A stretch of DNA of 63,594 nucleotides, counting the filler, from Sanchytrium tribonematis (lineage: Eukaryota): assembly GCA_018985235.1 (NCBI GenBank). It is 8 parts of 8 records of this genome, joined end to end, with 100 filler letters (N's around TTAATTAATTAA, not from the genome) between each part and the next. Parts side by side here need not be neighbours in the genome. Positions count along the whole stretch, not along the records: positions 16,039 to 23,949 come from JADGIG010000412.1; positions 24,050 to 31,941 come from JADGIG010000413.1; positions 32,042 to 39,879 come from JADGIG010000414.1; 5 more parts are not named here. The stretch is one strand, 5' to 3'. The translations under genes were made by a program, and so were the position numbers. Below are positions 22,834-33,403 of the stretch, one piece after another (the stretch's first letter is position 1; each line of letters begins with the position of its first letter). Below the pieces are notes generated by a model. The model made no database searches and was not told where the DNA came from. It worked only from the letters and a program-made list of their open reading frames with translations.

Positions 22834-23949
22834 ATGTCTCCCGCTTTGAAATCCGTTTCCATTTTTATCCTCTTACTATTGACGCGTATTTATGGGATAT
22901 CTTCAGATTGTCCCATGCTTATGAATCTAATTAGAGGACTGAATATCCATAATACAGATCCGGCTATGTATCAAGCCATTCCAGAAGATTGCTGCCCCAT
23001 TGATATCCAAATTGGAAATTCAGCAATATACACCAGATGTGTTACAATAGGTTCTGATCAATATACGACTTATCTTTATATGGAGGCTATGAATTTTGAC
23101 GGAGAATTTCAAGGTCAATTTATTCCTGCTAGTGTGCGTGAGATCGCTCTTTACAATACACCATTGAAAAAATTTCCATCAGATCTGCCAAATACCATCA
23201 CAAAACTATATTTAGGATTCAACAAACAGCTGCAAGGAGCCATAGCGAGTCCACTTCCTTCTTCATTGATTGAATTTAATGCAGAACATAATAGATTGAG
23301 CATTTTGCCTGATTCTTTTCCAGATAGTATCACTAAATTATATCTCAATGACAACAAATTCACTAAAATGCCTAATTTACCTGCCAGTATTCAAATTTTT
23401 GATATATCAAACAATTTGGTGTCTGGCAAATTGCCTGATACATTCCCTCCTTCATTGTCCCAATTTGGTGCTGGTAATAATTTGATTTATGGCTGCATTC
23501 CTGACATTTCAAATGGGTATTTTAATTTTAATTTGAATCGCTTGAATTGCACGTTTCCTAATTTACGAGGTTCACCCACTTGGCTAGATTTGAGTTTTAA
23601 TTCACTATCTGGTAATGTCCCAGACACTTTGCCATCTGGATTGAACTTGCAAATACAGCACAATAGATTTAGTGGACGAATTCCAGATTTGAATTCGACT
23701 AAATACAGCTACGGAACAGACTTGTCATGGAATTTATTTACCGGTAATTTACCACGATTTAGCACGCAACCAACTGCTGCACAATTATCGCATAATTTAT
23801 TGTCTGGTGAAATTGATTTAGCATATACTACAATGTCGAGTCTAGATTTGAGTTTTAATCAATTTTCTAAATTCCCACTTTCACTGCCTCAGACTATTTC
23901 TGTATTTGGAATGAGTGACAATTTATTAACAGGCAATATTTCCCTCATT
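22834..23949 (+). CDS. Secreted/surface LRR protein, 3'-partial
   Basis: Signal peptide, SDCP...DCC..C cap, LPxSLxxLxLxxN repeats. Confidence 0.85.
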
Positions 23950-24049
23950 NNNNNNNNNNNNNNNNNNNNNNNNNNNNNNNNNNNNNNNNNNNNTTAATTA
24001 ATTAANNNNNNNNNNNNNNNNNNNNNNNNNNNNNNNNNNNNNNNNNNNN

Positions 24050-24352
24050 TGGTGGATATCCAGTTGTGGGCAATGGACCTGAAATCGCATTGACACTGAG
24101 ATCTAAAGACACCAATTGAGCGGGTAAATATGGTTTGAAAACACCATTTAGTTTCAAATTGGCCCACAAGATGGATTGAATGACCCCTCCAATGCACACG
24201 ACACCTGTAATGACTCCAGTGCAACACTGGTTATTGATTTGAGTCATAATAGCTGGATTCTTGACGGGCATATTCAAATATGTAGCTAATTGTTTTAAAT
24301 TTTGACAATCTGTTAGACCACTCACCAGTGGTACCAGCAACATTTTGGACAT
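24050..24352 (-). CDS. LRR array copy 4, 3'-partial
   Basis: MSKMLLVPLVSGLTDCQNLKQLA...CCTG..GVVCIGG, paralogous to neighbours. Confidence 0.85.
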
Positions 24353-24393
24353 TGATGGGTTGCTCTGGCTTTTTACGTTGAAAATGAAGCACT

Positions 24394-24445
24394 TTATTGG
24401 ATCTAATTAGAATATTCTCAAAAATGGCATTTTTGCAACGAATCA
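24394..24445 (-). promoter_or_regulatory. Conserved LRR-array promoter module (copies at ~26414-26459 and ~30832-30876)
   Basis: Plus strand ATTGG-N5-ATTAGAATATTC...TGGC..TT...AATCA upstream of each array start; 12-mer identical at 24406, 26424, 30842. Confidence 0.7.
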
Positions 24446-24554
24446 AAATGAATTGGCCACATTGTTGTCCAAAGAGCGTGATTATTTTGTAGAACCATGA
24501 TTTGTGTGTGAGTGGTTACAGAAAAAGAATCAAATTTTAAAAAAGCTTTTATTT

Positions 24555-26384
24555 TCAAACAGTAATTGAGTTTGAATTAGAGTCTACTTTTCTAGATCGT
24601 TTCCATGGTGTTTTGGTGAGAACTGATGCAATCATAAACATGGATATTAGAGATCTAATGTACTCAAATACACCCAAATTAAATGCAAATGGATTTAATT
24701 GGAATTTAGTGAATTTGGGGTCATTTGGGTTGTCAGTTTGGGTGGCTATTGATGGCGGTGTATCTGTCAAAGTAGATGTCACTATAGATACTGGATAAAT
24801 AGATTGGAGGGAAATAGAAGAATGTCTGACAATTCTAGTAGCAATGGCATCAATGGCTAATTTCTGTGATGAAGTGACTAATAATTGGGTGATCGATGAG
24901 GTGATTTGTGATACTGAGGTTGTATCGCTGACAAGAGAACTTGAAATCAAATCGTGACTTGAAGTTTGAACTGTTTCAAAAATTGTCGCAGCTGTAGCGG
25001 AAATACTGGATTGTGCTAAAAATGGATTTGATGAGGTTGATGGGGATGTTCCGCTAATAAAATCTGGACTTGTGGTTGTTCCAGTAATAATAACTGGCTT
25101 TGTGTTGGTAACAACAGGTGCTACATACGCATATAAACCCGTGTGTTTGCATTTTGAATTTAAAGCAGCTGCATTTGGATTGTTTTGCATAGGTGTGTTG
25201 GAGAATGAGCAAGTGGATGAAGATAATCTAATTGGATCTTGTACGACTAAGTCGTGGATCAAAGTACCATCAATTAAAAGATATTGAGGTTGTTTTAAAT
25301 TCATTGTTCCACTGAATAATTGGCTAGAAATTTGTAAATCCACCATGGCAGCTGGCATTGGGGCAACTGGTCCATTCATTTGATTACCATACAAATGTAA
25401 TATCTGTAAGGAGGCTGGTAATTTGGGCATGGCTCCAGTAAATTGATTGTAGTAAAAATAAGCTTCCGTCAATTTCGAGTTGGAATTGGGTTGCACATGG
25501 AAGAATGTGATATTTGATATATCACCGGATAAATTGCATGTGTCTAAATCTACTCTTGTCAAAGATGGTGGAAATTGAGGCACCTCTCCGGAAAACAAAT
25601 TGGAAGCCACTGAAAATACTTGGACAAAAGGGGGAATGACAACCGGACCAGGAATCAAATTATCATACACCTCAAACTTGATAATTGAATCTGGTAATGG
25701 ATAAGTGATGCCAGTCAGATGGTTTAACATCGCGTTGAGCTCTGTAAGACCAGGAGGTAATTTTGGCAAAACACCATTGATATCGTAATTCTGTTTGAAA
25801 ATGAGAATAGACAAGGTATCTGGCAAGTTGGAAATCGGACCAAATAGCTGATTCTCTTCTGCTTTAAAAGTGACTAATTTTCTGGGTAAATCAGAAGGGA
25901 AAGAGCGAGAAATCGGGGTAAAACTTGTGCTGAAATACGTCAAATTGGCTGGCAAAGTCCCATAACTGCTAAATCGATTGTCCTCAAAACTTGCAAAATC
26001 TAATCCATCTGGTAATTGTGGAATAACCCCAGTCATCAAGTTCGTATCCAGTTGAATCCTCTTTAATGTAGATGGATATCCGGTTGTTGGCAAGTTTCCA
26101 GTGATTGCATTTGAACCGATATCCAATGTTTCCAATTGAGAGGGTAAATTGGCGTTAAAAACTCCATTTAAACCCATTGCTGGCCATGAAATTGATTTAA
26201 TGACCCCTCCGATACAAATAACACCAAAAATAGCAGCAGAACAGCAAGACGTGTTGATTTGATTCATTAAAGATGGATTCTTTGTGGGCATTCCCAATCC
26301 AGTTGCAAATTGCTTCAAATTCTCACAATCTGTTAAACTCGTGACAACTGGAATCAACAACATTTGGACATCTTTGGGTTGCAC
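24555..26384 (-). CDS. LRR array copy 3, intact: signal, Cys cap, LRRs, Ser/Thr stalk, hydrophobic anchor, short basic tail
   Basis: 609-aa ORF; likely start MLLIP at 26363. Confidence 0.9.
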   Translation of the reverse strand: MQPKDVQMLLIPVVTSLTDCENLKQFATGLGMPTKNPSLMNQINTSCCSAAIFGVICIGGVIKSISWPAMGLNGVFNANLPSQLETLDIGSNAITGNLPTTGYPSTLKRIQLDTNLMTGVIPQLPDGLDFASFEDNRFSSYGTLPANLTYFSTSFTPISRSFPSDLPRKLVTFKAEENQLFGPISNLPDTLSILIFKQNYDINGVLPKLPPGLTELNAMLNHLTGITYPLPDSIIKFEVYDNLIPGPVVIPPFVQVFSVASNLFSGEVPQFPPSLTRVDLDTCNLSGDISNITFFHVQPNSNSKLTEAYFYYNQFTGAMPKLPASLQILHLYGNQMNGPVAPMPAAMVDLQISSQLFSGTMNLKQPQYLLIDGTLIHDLVVQDPIRLSSSTCSFSNTPMQNNPNAAALNSKCKHTGLYAYVAPVVTNTKPVIITGTTTSPDFISGTSPSTSSNPFLAQSSISATAATIFETVQTSSHDLISSSLVSDTTSVSQITSSITQLLVTSSQKLAIDAIATRIVRHSSISLQSIYPVSIVTSTLTDTPPSIATQTDNPNDPKFTKFQLNPFAFNLGVFEYIRSLISMFMIASVLTKTPWKRSRKVDSNSNSITV

Positions 26385-28007
26385 TGGGTTTTACATTGAA
26401 TCGGAGCCCATTCATTGGTTGTCATTAGAATATTCCAAGTGGCTTTTTGCTGCCAATCAAATTTCAAATCGCGAGCCACCTTTTTAAAAACAATTTATTC
26501 AAATTGTGAGAGATGTTACATGGCTGCTCTTTATTTTCTTCCATGGTGTCTTTGTAAGCACCAACGTGACCAAAGATATATTAACAAGCGATCTAATAAA
26601 TGTAAAATATCCCAAATTTGCAGATATCGGACTCACGTGAAATTGATAAATGAAATCAGTACTGGTGATCTCTATTGAATCTGTTTGTATCGTTGAAGAT
26701 TCTAAAACTAATAAACTTGTACTACTCTGTGTGAAATCGATTGTGTCTCTAATATTTCTAGTCACAATCAAAAAACTGGATTGTAGAGTCATTTTTAGAC
26801 TTTCAAGTCCCGAGGATGCACCTGAAAGTGATTTCATAGTCGTTATATAATTAAACAGCTGTTGTGATGTCATTCCTGTGGCATGGGTTAAACCAGATGC
26901 GTCATATTTTGTAATATTATCAAATTGCGGTAAATTGGAATGCACACAAAATGGAAATAATGAAATTATATTCGGATTATTCAACATTGACATATTACAA
27001 ATATCACAATCCGTTAATTGTGAAGTGTCTTGAATCACAACATCATCAATTAGAGTATTTGAAAGATGCACTACAGTAGGGCGTTTCATATAAATAGTTC
27101 CAGTGAATAATTGTCCATTTAATTCCAAATCAGTCAATGAATCTGGCAATATACCAATTGGTCCACTCATTAAAGTACCATAAAGTGATAAAATCTCTAA
27201 TTTTGATGGTAATTTTGGGATATTTCCAATAATATTATTGAAATTTAACAAAATCAATGTCAATTGTGAATTGGAATTTGGTTGTACGTGGTAATATGTC
27301 AAATTGGATATACTGCCTGATAATTTATTATCATCCAAACCTAATTTTGTCATTGAAATTGGCAATTGTGGAATTTCACCATGAAATAAATTGGAATTTC
27401 CATAAAATACGACGATATATGGCGGAAAAGTAAGTGATGCATTGATCCAATTATGATATAGATTGACATAAACCAAACTATCTGAAAATGGATATGATGG
27501 TTGAGAAATGAAATTTATGCACAGATTCAAACTTTTCAGATTTTTTGGTAAAATTGGAAGTGTGCCACTTAAGGAATTTGTACAAACATCCATCTCCACT
27601 AATGCGTCTGGTAACTGAGTCATATCACCGTATAATTGATTACTCTGAATTTGAAATATATTCAGATTTTTGGGTAAATCGACTGGGAATTTGCGATAAA
27701 TTTGATTGTAATTTGCACAAAAAAATGTTAAATTCTTTGGAAGTGTGGTAAAATTGACAAATTGATTTGAGCTAACATCTAAACGGGTTAATCCATCTGG
27801 AAATACAGGAATGGTGCCATTTAAATGATTATTGGATAAATCGATACTTTTTAAAGTCTGAGGATATCCAATTGTTGGCAAGTCACTACTTAGAGAATTG
27901 TAACCAAGGTCTAAATCAACCAACTGAGCTGGTAAATATGGCAAAAGAACTCCATTTAACCCTAAATGTGACCAGATAATTCGAGTAATGACACCTCCAG
28001 TGCATGA

Positions 28008-28393
28008 GGGAAAAAAAGCTGTATAATATATATGGACTTGATATTTTAGTTCAAGTCGAGGATTTAGCAGACAATAGTTTGCAATTCAATCATGTGAAAG
28101 GACATGATGACTCACAACCAGACAATTTGAATCATTTGGTAGATATTTTATCACATTACCACACGCAGGCATGTATATCTGGATTAGAGTTGAGAATTAA
28201 TAAGAGATATGAAAAGAAAATGAAGAAGATGGAATTAAGAAAAGATGTATTTAGATTGGAGCATTTGAAAAATAGCAAAGCAAGCAAATTGGATCAAATA
28301 TTGATATTAAGAAGACTGCATAACAACTGTACACCGACGTAATGTCGGCCAAACTACACGAGTTTATCTCAATAAATGATTAAAAAAAAAAAA
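28008..28393 (+). mobile_element. 5'-truncated poly(A)-tailed retro-insertion encoding an RNase H C-terminal fragment; 4-bp TSD ATGA (28004-28007, 28394-28397)
   Basis: FNHVKGHDD...NHLVDILS, stop 28342, AATAAA 28371, A12 tail; host LRR frame resumes exactly on both sides. Confidence 0.85.
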
Positions 28394-28541
28394 ATGAAAC
28401 ACCAGTAACTATACCAGTACAACATTGAGTATTCACTTCATTCATAATGGTTGGGTTGACAGAGGGCATGTTGAGTGAAATAGCTAATTGTTTCAAGTTG
28501 TTACAATCCGACAACGATGAAATCAACGGAATCATCAACAT

Positions 28542-30764
28542 AATAATAATAAATTTATTCTTTGATGGCTAACTTGTCAAAACAATGCCCACCAATTTAA
28601 TCCGGCCACTTAAGCAGGGGTTATGATATTTTTTAGTGATTTTAAAAGATCAAAAATTTGGTCCTCAGTACCGCTTTTGAGTATATTGTATATGTACATT
28701 TCATCCCAGTGCTTGTAATTATTGGTACATTCGCCTTCAAAATGAAATAGCGAATCAAATGGTTGCATACACATTTTGCAAATTCCTTTTTTAATAGGGA
28801 AATGTCCCATTAGAAATTTCACACCTAGTCGAAGTACATGGTGTGTGTAATTGTAAAAATACTTGTTTTTTAGTAATAATTGGAGTAATGTGGATGAAAT
28901 AGGTAAATTTGTTGCTCTTTTTGCCTCGTTTGAATCCCACATTTCTACTAATCTCTCTTCTACAGCAGCATCTAATTCTTCTCTAGTCTCGTGTACAAGT
29001 GGCTCATATTCATTTATGTTATTTGAAATCGAGGTGTTACATTTTAATAAATCGATATAGATATCTGGAGTTTCCAAATCTTCATTTTGAAGCTGTTTTA
29101 TCACATTATATATTTGATTCTCGGATGAAATTCTTGCCTTTGAATATAATTCATCGGCATTATGAAATTTTCCCAATAATTCATGAATTTTTCGAGTGTT
29201 TGAAAATAGTCCATTGATCGCATTTCTACGAATTGATTCAAGTTTTGGCAAATGATGTCTATTCCAGAGTGTAATCCCGTAGCTAATTATGGATTCTATA
29301 ACACCTTTAGTGAATAGGGTTCTTCCGTGGAATAAATGTCCAGTATTTTCAAGCGAATTTCCAGATAAGTCATTATTTATTTGTCGATATTGCTTTTTCA
29401 AAAATGCTAATTTTGATTTTTTCCATGATATCTCTTTATCATAATCAATTCCAGTGCAATTTAGATGAACTCCTAAGTATTTAATCCAAGGGGACTGTTT
29501 TATATTTAATTGATTTAATTGGACATCTACATCTTTTGAGGCACAAATCTGATATTTATTTGGGTTTGGTTTAAATGAATAATTTATCAGAAGATCAGTT
29601 ATTTGCTTTAAAATTTGATTGAAATAAATTGTGTCATTGGAAATAATGAATATGTCATCTGCGTATAAACAGATCGCTAATTTATTACAATCATAGTTTA
29701 ATTCTGATATAATCTTATCTATTACAAAAGAAAAGAGCATTGGAGAAAGGGTACCACCTTGGGGGACGCCTTTTTTCATATTTATAGATGATTTTTGCGA
29801 ATCTCTGGTCAGATAGATAGATTGATTTACAATTAATGATCTAATCACATTTAAATCGTTCTTATCAAGTTTATCGCGTGTAAATCGGACTATGTCATCA
29901 TAAATTATGCAATCAAAAGCGCTAGAAAGATCCAAAGATCCCATAATTACATCCCCTTTTTTTCTAAATTTGGAAATAAGGTTGTTGACGTAATGCAACT
30001 GGGTTAATGTACTTCTGGATGTACAGAATCCATGTTGTTTATTAGAAGGAATTAGTTTTTCTCGAAAATGAAAATAGTAAATTATTTTTTCAAAGAGTTT
30101 GCGCAGAGTGACAAGAAGGCTGACGGGCCGATAATATTTCGGATCATCACTCGATCCTTTATTCTTGAAAATTTCAACAAGACCCGATTCATTCCATGAT
30201 TTCGGAATTTCACCATTTAAATAGGACAAAGAAAAAAGATGTCTAATTACTTTTGCTCCATTTCTAGGCAGAAATTTGAGTGCAATTGAGGGCAGCATTC
30301 CACCAGATGCTTTTTTGATATTGAGATGTTGTAATTCCGATTTAATTATTTTTGTTGTGAAAATTTTAGCTATTATTTCTTTAGATTTATTAATATCCTC
30401 TGTGGAAAGAAAATCCTTTTTCCATTCATGTTGCTTGTGGTTGAAATGTTCTTTCTGAAATTCTATCATTTCATCAATTTCGCAAAAGACTTGAGCCTTT
30501 GTGGTTTTGTTTTTGATTTGGCACAATTTTTGATACGCTGAAGAGGGATCCTTTGATAGATCTTCCATCAATTCTAATTGTGTCTGAAATACTTGTTGCT
30601 CAACTAACTTGTTGTATTGCTTTCGAGAAGATTGAATTTGTTTTAAAATTTTAGATTTACGATATTTTGACTTGGATCTACTATATTTCCTTTGCTTATT
30701 TTTAATGTGTTTATTTATTGAATAGATGTCAGGGGTTCCTTTGACATTGCTGTTGAATCTGGGG
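28542..30764 (-). mobile_element. 5'-truncated non-LTR (LINE) retrotransposon, 2223 bp; 14-bp TSD ATGTTGATGATTCC (30765-30778, 28528-28541); AATAAA plus (ATT)n tail
   Basis: Perfect direct repeat at both ends, tail adjacent to the 3' TSD, internal RT ORF. Confidence 0.93.
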
Positions 30765-30787
30765 GGAATCATCAACATGTTTAGCAT
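28610..30787 (-). CDS. Chimeric ORF: 8 aa of host LRR leader plus LINE reverse transcriptase and CCHC finger; no endonuclease
   Basis: IPKSW, YRPVSLL, QHGF, LDLSSAFD, GVPQGGTLSPMLF, YADD, KYLG, CKMC..HFEGEC; no stops over 725 codons. Confidence 0.92.
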   Translation of the reverse strand: MLNMLMIPPRFNSNVKGTPDIYSINKHIKNKQRKYSRSKSKYRKSKILKQIQSSRKQYNKLVEQQVFQTQLELMEDLSKDPSSAYQKLCQIKNKTTKAQVFCEIDEMIEFQKEHFNHKQHEWKKDFLSTEDINKSKEIIAKIFTTKIIKSELQHLNIKKASGGMLPSIALKFLPRNGAKVIRHLFSLSYLNGEIPKSWNESGLVEIFKNKGSSDDPKYYRPVSLLVTLRKLFEKIIYYFHFREKLIPSNKQHGFCTSRSTLTQLHYVNNLISKFRKKGDVIMGSLDLSSAFDCIIYDDIVRFTRDKLDKNDLNVIRSLIVNQSIYLTRDSQKSSINMKKGVPQGGTLSPMLFSFVIDKIISELNYDCNKLAICLYADDIFIISNDTIYFNQILKQITDLLINYSFKPNPNKYQICASKDVDVQLNQLNIKQSPWIKYLGVHLNCTGIDYDKEISWKKSKLAFLKKQYRQINNDLSGNSLENTGHLFHGRTLFTKGVIESIISYGITLWNRHHLPKLESIRRNAINGLFSNTRKIHELLGKFHNADELYSKARISSENQIYNVIKQLQNEDLETPDIYIDLLKCNTSISNNINEYEPLVHETREELDAAVEERLVEMWDSNEAKRATNLPISSTLLQLLLKNKYFYNYTHHVLRLGVKFLMGHFPIKKGICKMCMQPFDSLFHFEGECTNNYKHWDEMYIYNILKSGTEDQIFDLLKSLKNIITPA

Positions 30788-30953
30788 CTCAAGGGGCCAT
30801 GTCTCTATTTACATACAATATTGAATATCTTATTGGTAGAAATTAGAATATTCTAATGGCATTTATTAACCAATCATAAAAGAAATGGCATTTTCATGAA
30901 AAATCGCAATATTTTTAGCAACCTAAATAGTCAATAAACTCAATTTTCTAGTT

Positions 30954-31941
30954 TTAAATTGTGTCCACTACAACAGTCATATAAACCAATGAAACAATAA
31001 ATCGAATGGCCATGGACACATTTACTTTAATTTCATATTGTTTCACTTGAAATTGATAATTGATGAGTGTTGTTGAAGCTATTTTTGATATTTTGGATAG
31101 ATCTGTGGATATTTTTGTTGTTATTTTCGTGGTTGTGATGGATTGAGTTGTCAAATGTCTAATATTTCTGGTGATTATAGTTGCATCTAATACATCATAG
31201 GTAGATGAAGTCATGTAAAGTATACTTGACTGTGATTGACTCACATATAAATTAGAATGCGCACAAAATGGAAACAATGTTTCAATATGGGTGTTATTGA
31301 GTAAAGGCGTGTCTGATATAGAGCAGCTACTTAATCTCGATGTATCTTGAATGGTCACATTTTGAATGAGAGTTGAATTGATGTATACTATTTCTGGTCG
31401 TTTTAAATTGATGGAACCTGATACTAATTGACCATCAATTTGCAATGTAGTCAATGTATCTGGTATATACACTATTGCGCCACTTATTTGATTACCAAAT
31501 AATGACAAAATGACAAGATTTGGTGGCAATAATGGCATATTTCCAGTAAAATGATTTGAATTTAAAATCAACTTTGTTAAATACGAGTTGACATTGGATT
31601 GTAAATGGAAATAAGTGATATTAGATATATCACCAGATAAATTATTGGATGCAACATTGAGAATCACCAAGGATTCTGGCAATTGTGGCAAAGTGCCATA
31701 AAATAAATTGAAATTTGCTGAAAATGTGGCAATATTTAGTGGCAATTCAATATGAGACTTTATCAAATTCTTAGATAGAGTCAAATAGGTTATTGAATCT
31801 GGCAGTGGGTAAGTTAAACCTGTGATGAGATTTGAATCAAATCTAGCAGTTTCTAAAGTTGAGGGAAACGGAGGCAGAATTCCATCTAGTAAGTTACCTT
31901 GAGCAAGCACAGATATCATTGAATCTGGTATATATGTCACA
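30954..31941 (-). CDS. LRR array copy 1, 5'-partial, tail frameshifted
   Basis: SGDISNITYFHLQSN insert and Ser/Thr stalk shared with paralogues. Confidence 0.85.
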
Positions 31942-32041
31942 NNNNNNNNNNNNNNNNNNNNNNNNNNNNNNNNNNNNNNNNNNNNTTAATTAATTAANNN
32001 NNNNNNNNNNNNNNNNNNNNNNNNNNNNNNNNNNNNNNNNN

Positions 32042-33367
32042 GCTTTGAAGCATCTTGAACATTGCAGTCGCCAATTTCCCCTGACTTCCTAGTAAATTTT
32101 CAGTATTAATATCGCGTTTAAATACACCGCTTGTAAAGTATCTATTTAGTGGAGCCGTACCTTTTAAGGCTTGAAGCGATGCATTCATATAGCAAGTGTT
32201 GCCCAAGTTTTTAAGACCAACGCTGTATTCAGACTGACTCAATTTAGCTGTGGAAGGATGAAATCGAGTCTCTTGAAGCAAGGTACTTTGTTTTTTGGGT
32301 AATGGTGGCGGAGTATTTTTAATCTGTTCTTCTAATTGAAACGATACTTTTTTTGCTCTCTTGTTAACTACAGCTGCATCAATTTTTGTACTCTCAGCTT
32401 CTAAAATTTGAGATTGTGATCTGCTGATGGTCGGGTATTTCACACTTGGTATTTTAGGTATTTTTTTAGCCTTTGAGTACCCAAAATTAAAATATGGGTC
32501 ATCAAAAATACTTGTAATTGCTGCAGCACTGCTTGGAGTCGTGACCTCTTTGTTAGATACATTGTGTTTTGAAATTATAATATTACTGTTTTCAATGGAA
32601 GATAGGCCGCCTTTGATTAAGGCTATTTTTGATGAAGGTGATAAATCAAATAAAAAATCATAAAGCTTCAAAATCAATACATTTTCATCCATACTGTATG
32701 ATTTGTCATCGTACAAGCAAACAATATCGTAATTTGGGAACATTTCAAACAAAACTTTTTGCTGAATATTTAAAGTAGTCATAATCGCGCTTTTATCAGA
32801 AAACTCTTTCTTGGGCAAAAATAAATAATATTTCATCCAATCCATTTTAAAATCCTTGGAGCTCATGTTAATGAATAAAATGTTCGACAAAGTTGATACT
32901 TGCAATCCTTGAATAAATGGCGTCAATTCCTGGATTGTAACTGTTAATGAAAATGGAAATTTAAGTTGAGGATTTCTATTAATTTCTAAATCATGCACTG
33001 AAATTGGGCCTGAGGAATCTTGCTTTTCGAAAGATGTGGAAACCAAAAGAGATTTAGCTCTTTTAATCAATTCCTCCGCAGCGTATTGTTCTTGCAATTT
33101 TTTTTTCAAGGTCTCCAGAGTACTCATATCATTAAGTGCCATTTTTTGCAAATCGTTAAATTTAATTGAATTAGATTTATGCTTTGGTATAATCTCGATA
33201 ATTAGAGAAGTAGATTTCATAAGGGCTATATAAGCAGCTTTAGTATCCGTGTTTATTTTTGAATTTCCCTCGATAGAAGTATTTTCTGCAGCTTTTTCCA
33301 GAGCTGCTATAGAATAACCTAGCATTTTTTTGCTATCTAATTTTGCTTGGCTGATCAAATCGTCCAT
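32042..33367 (-). CDS. Ubiquitin-specific protease, Doa4/USP8-like, 3'-partial
   Basis: Rhodanese-like region (LIKGGL), Cys box GLKNLGNTCYMNASLQAL. Confidence 0.85.
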
Positions 33368-33403
33368 TATATAGTTTCAAAAGCTCCTGCAAAAACTCCT
33401 TGA

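Larger units (their letters stand above)
26499..30787 (-). pseudogene. LRR array copy 2, interrupted by two retro-insertions
   Basis: Removing both inserts and one copy of each TSD gives MLNMLMIPLISSLSDCNNLKQLA...TGVSCTGGVITRIIWSHLGLNGVLLPYLPAQ..., colinear with the paralogues. Confidence 0.9.

Noticed and set aside
28004..28342. 112-aa ORF as a standalone gene
   Set aside because: Its ATG is supplied by the TSD; N-terminal RNase H catalytic residues are missing
28004..30787. RT and RNase H as parts of one element
   Set aside because: Opposite strands, separate TSDs and tails, separated by host LRR sequence
24050..31941. Diversity-generating retroelement (RT beside variable repeat genes)
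   Set aside because: RT is LINE-type with TSD and tail; I saw no near-identical template/variable repeat pair with adenine-specific mismatches; paralogues differ at all bases
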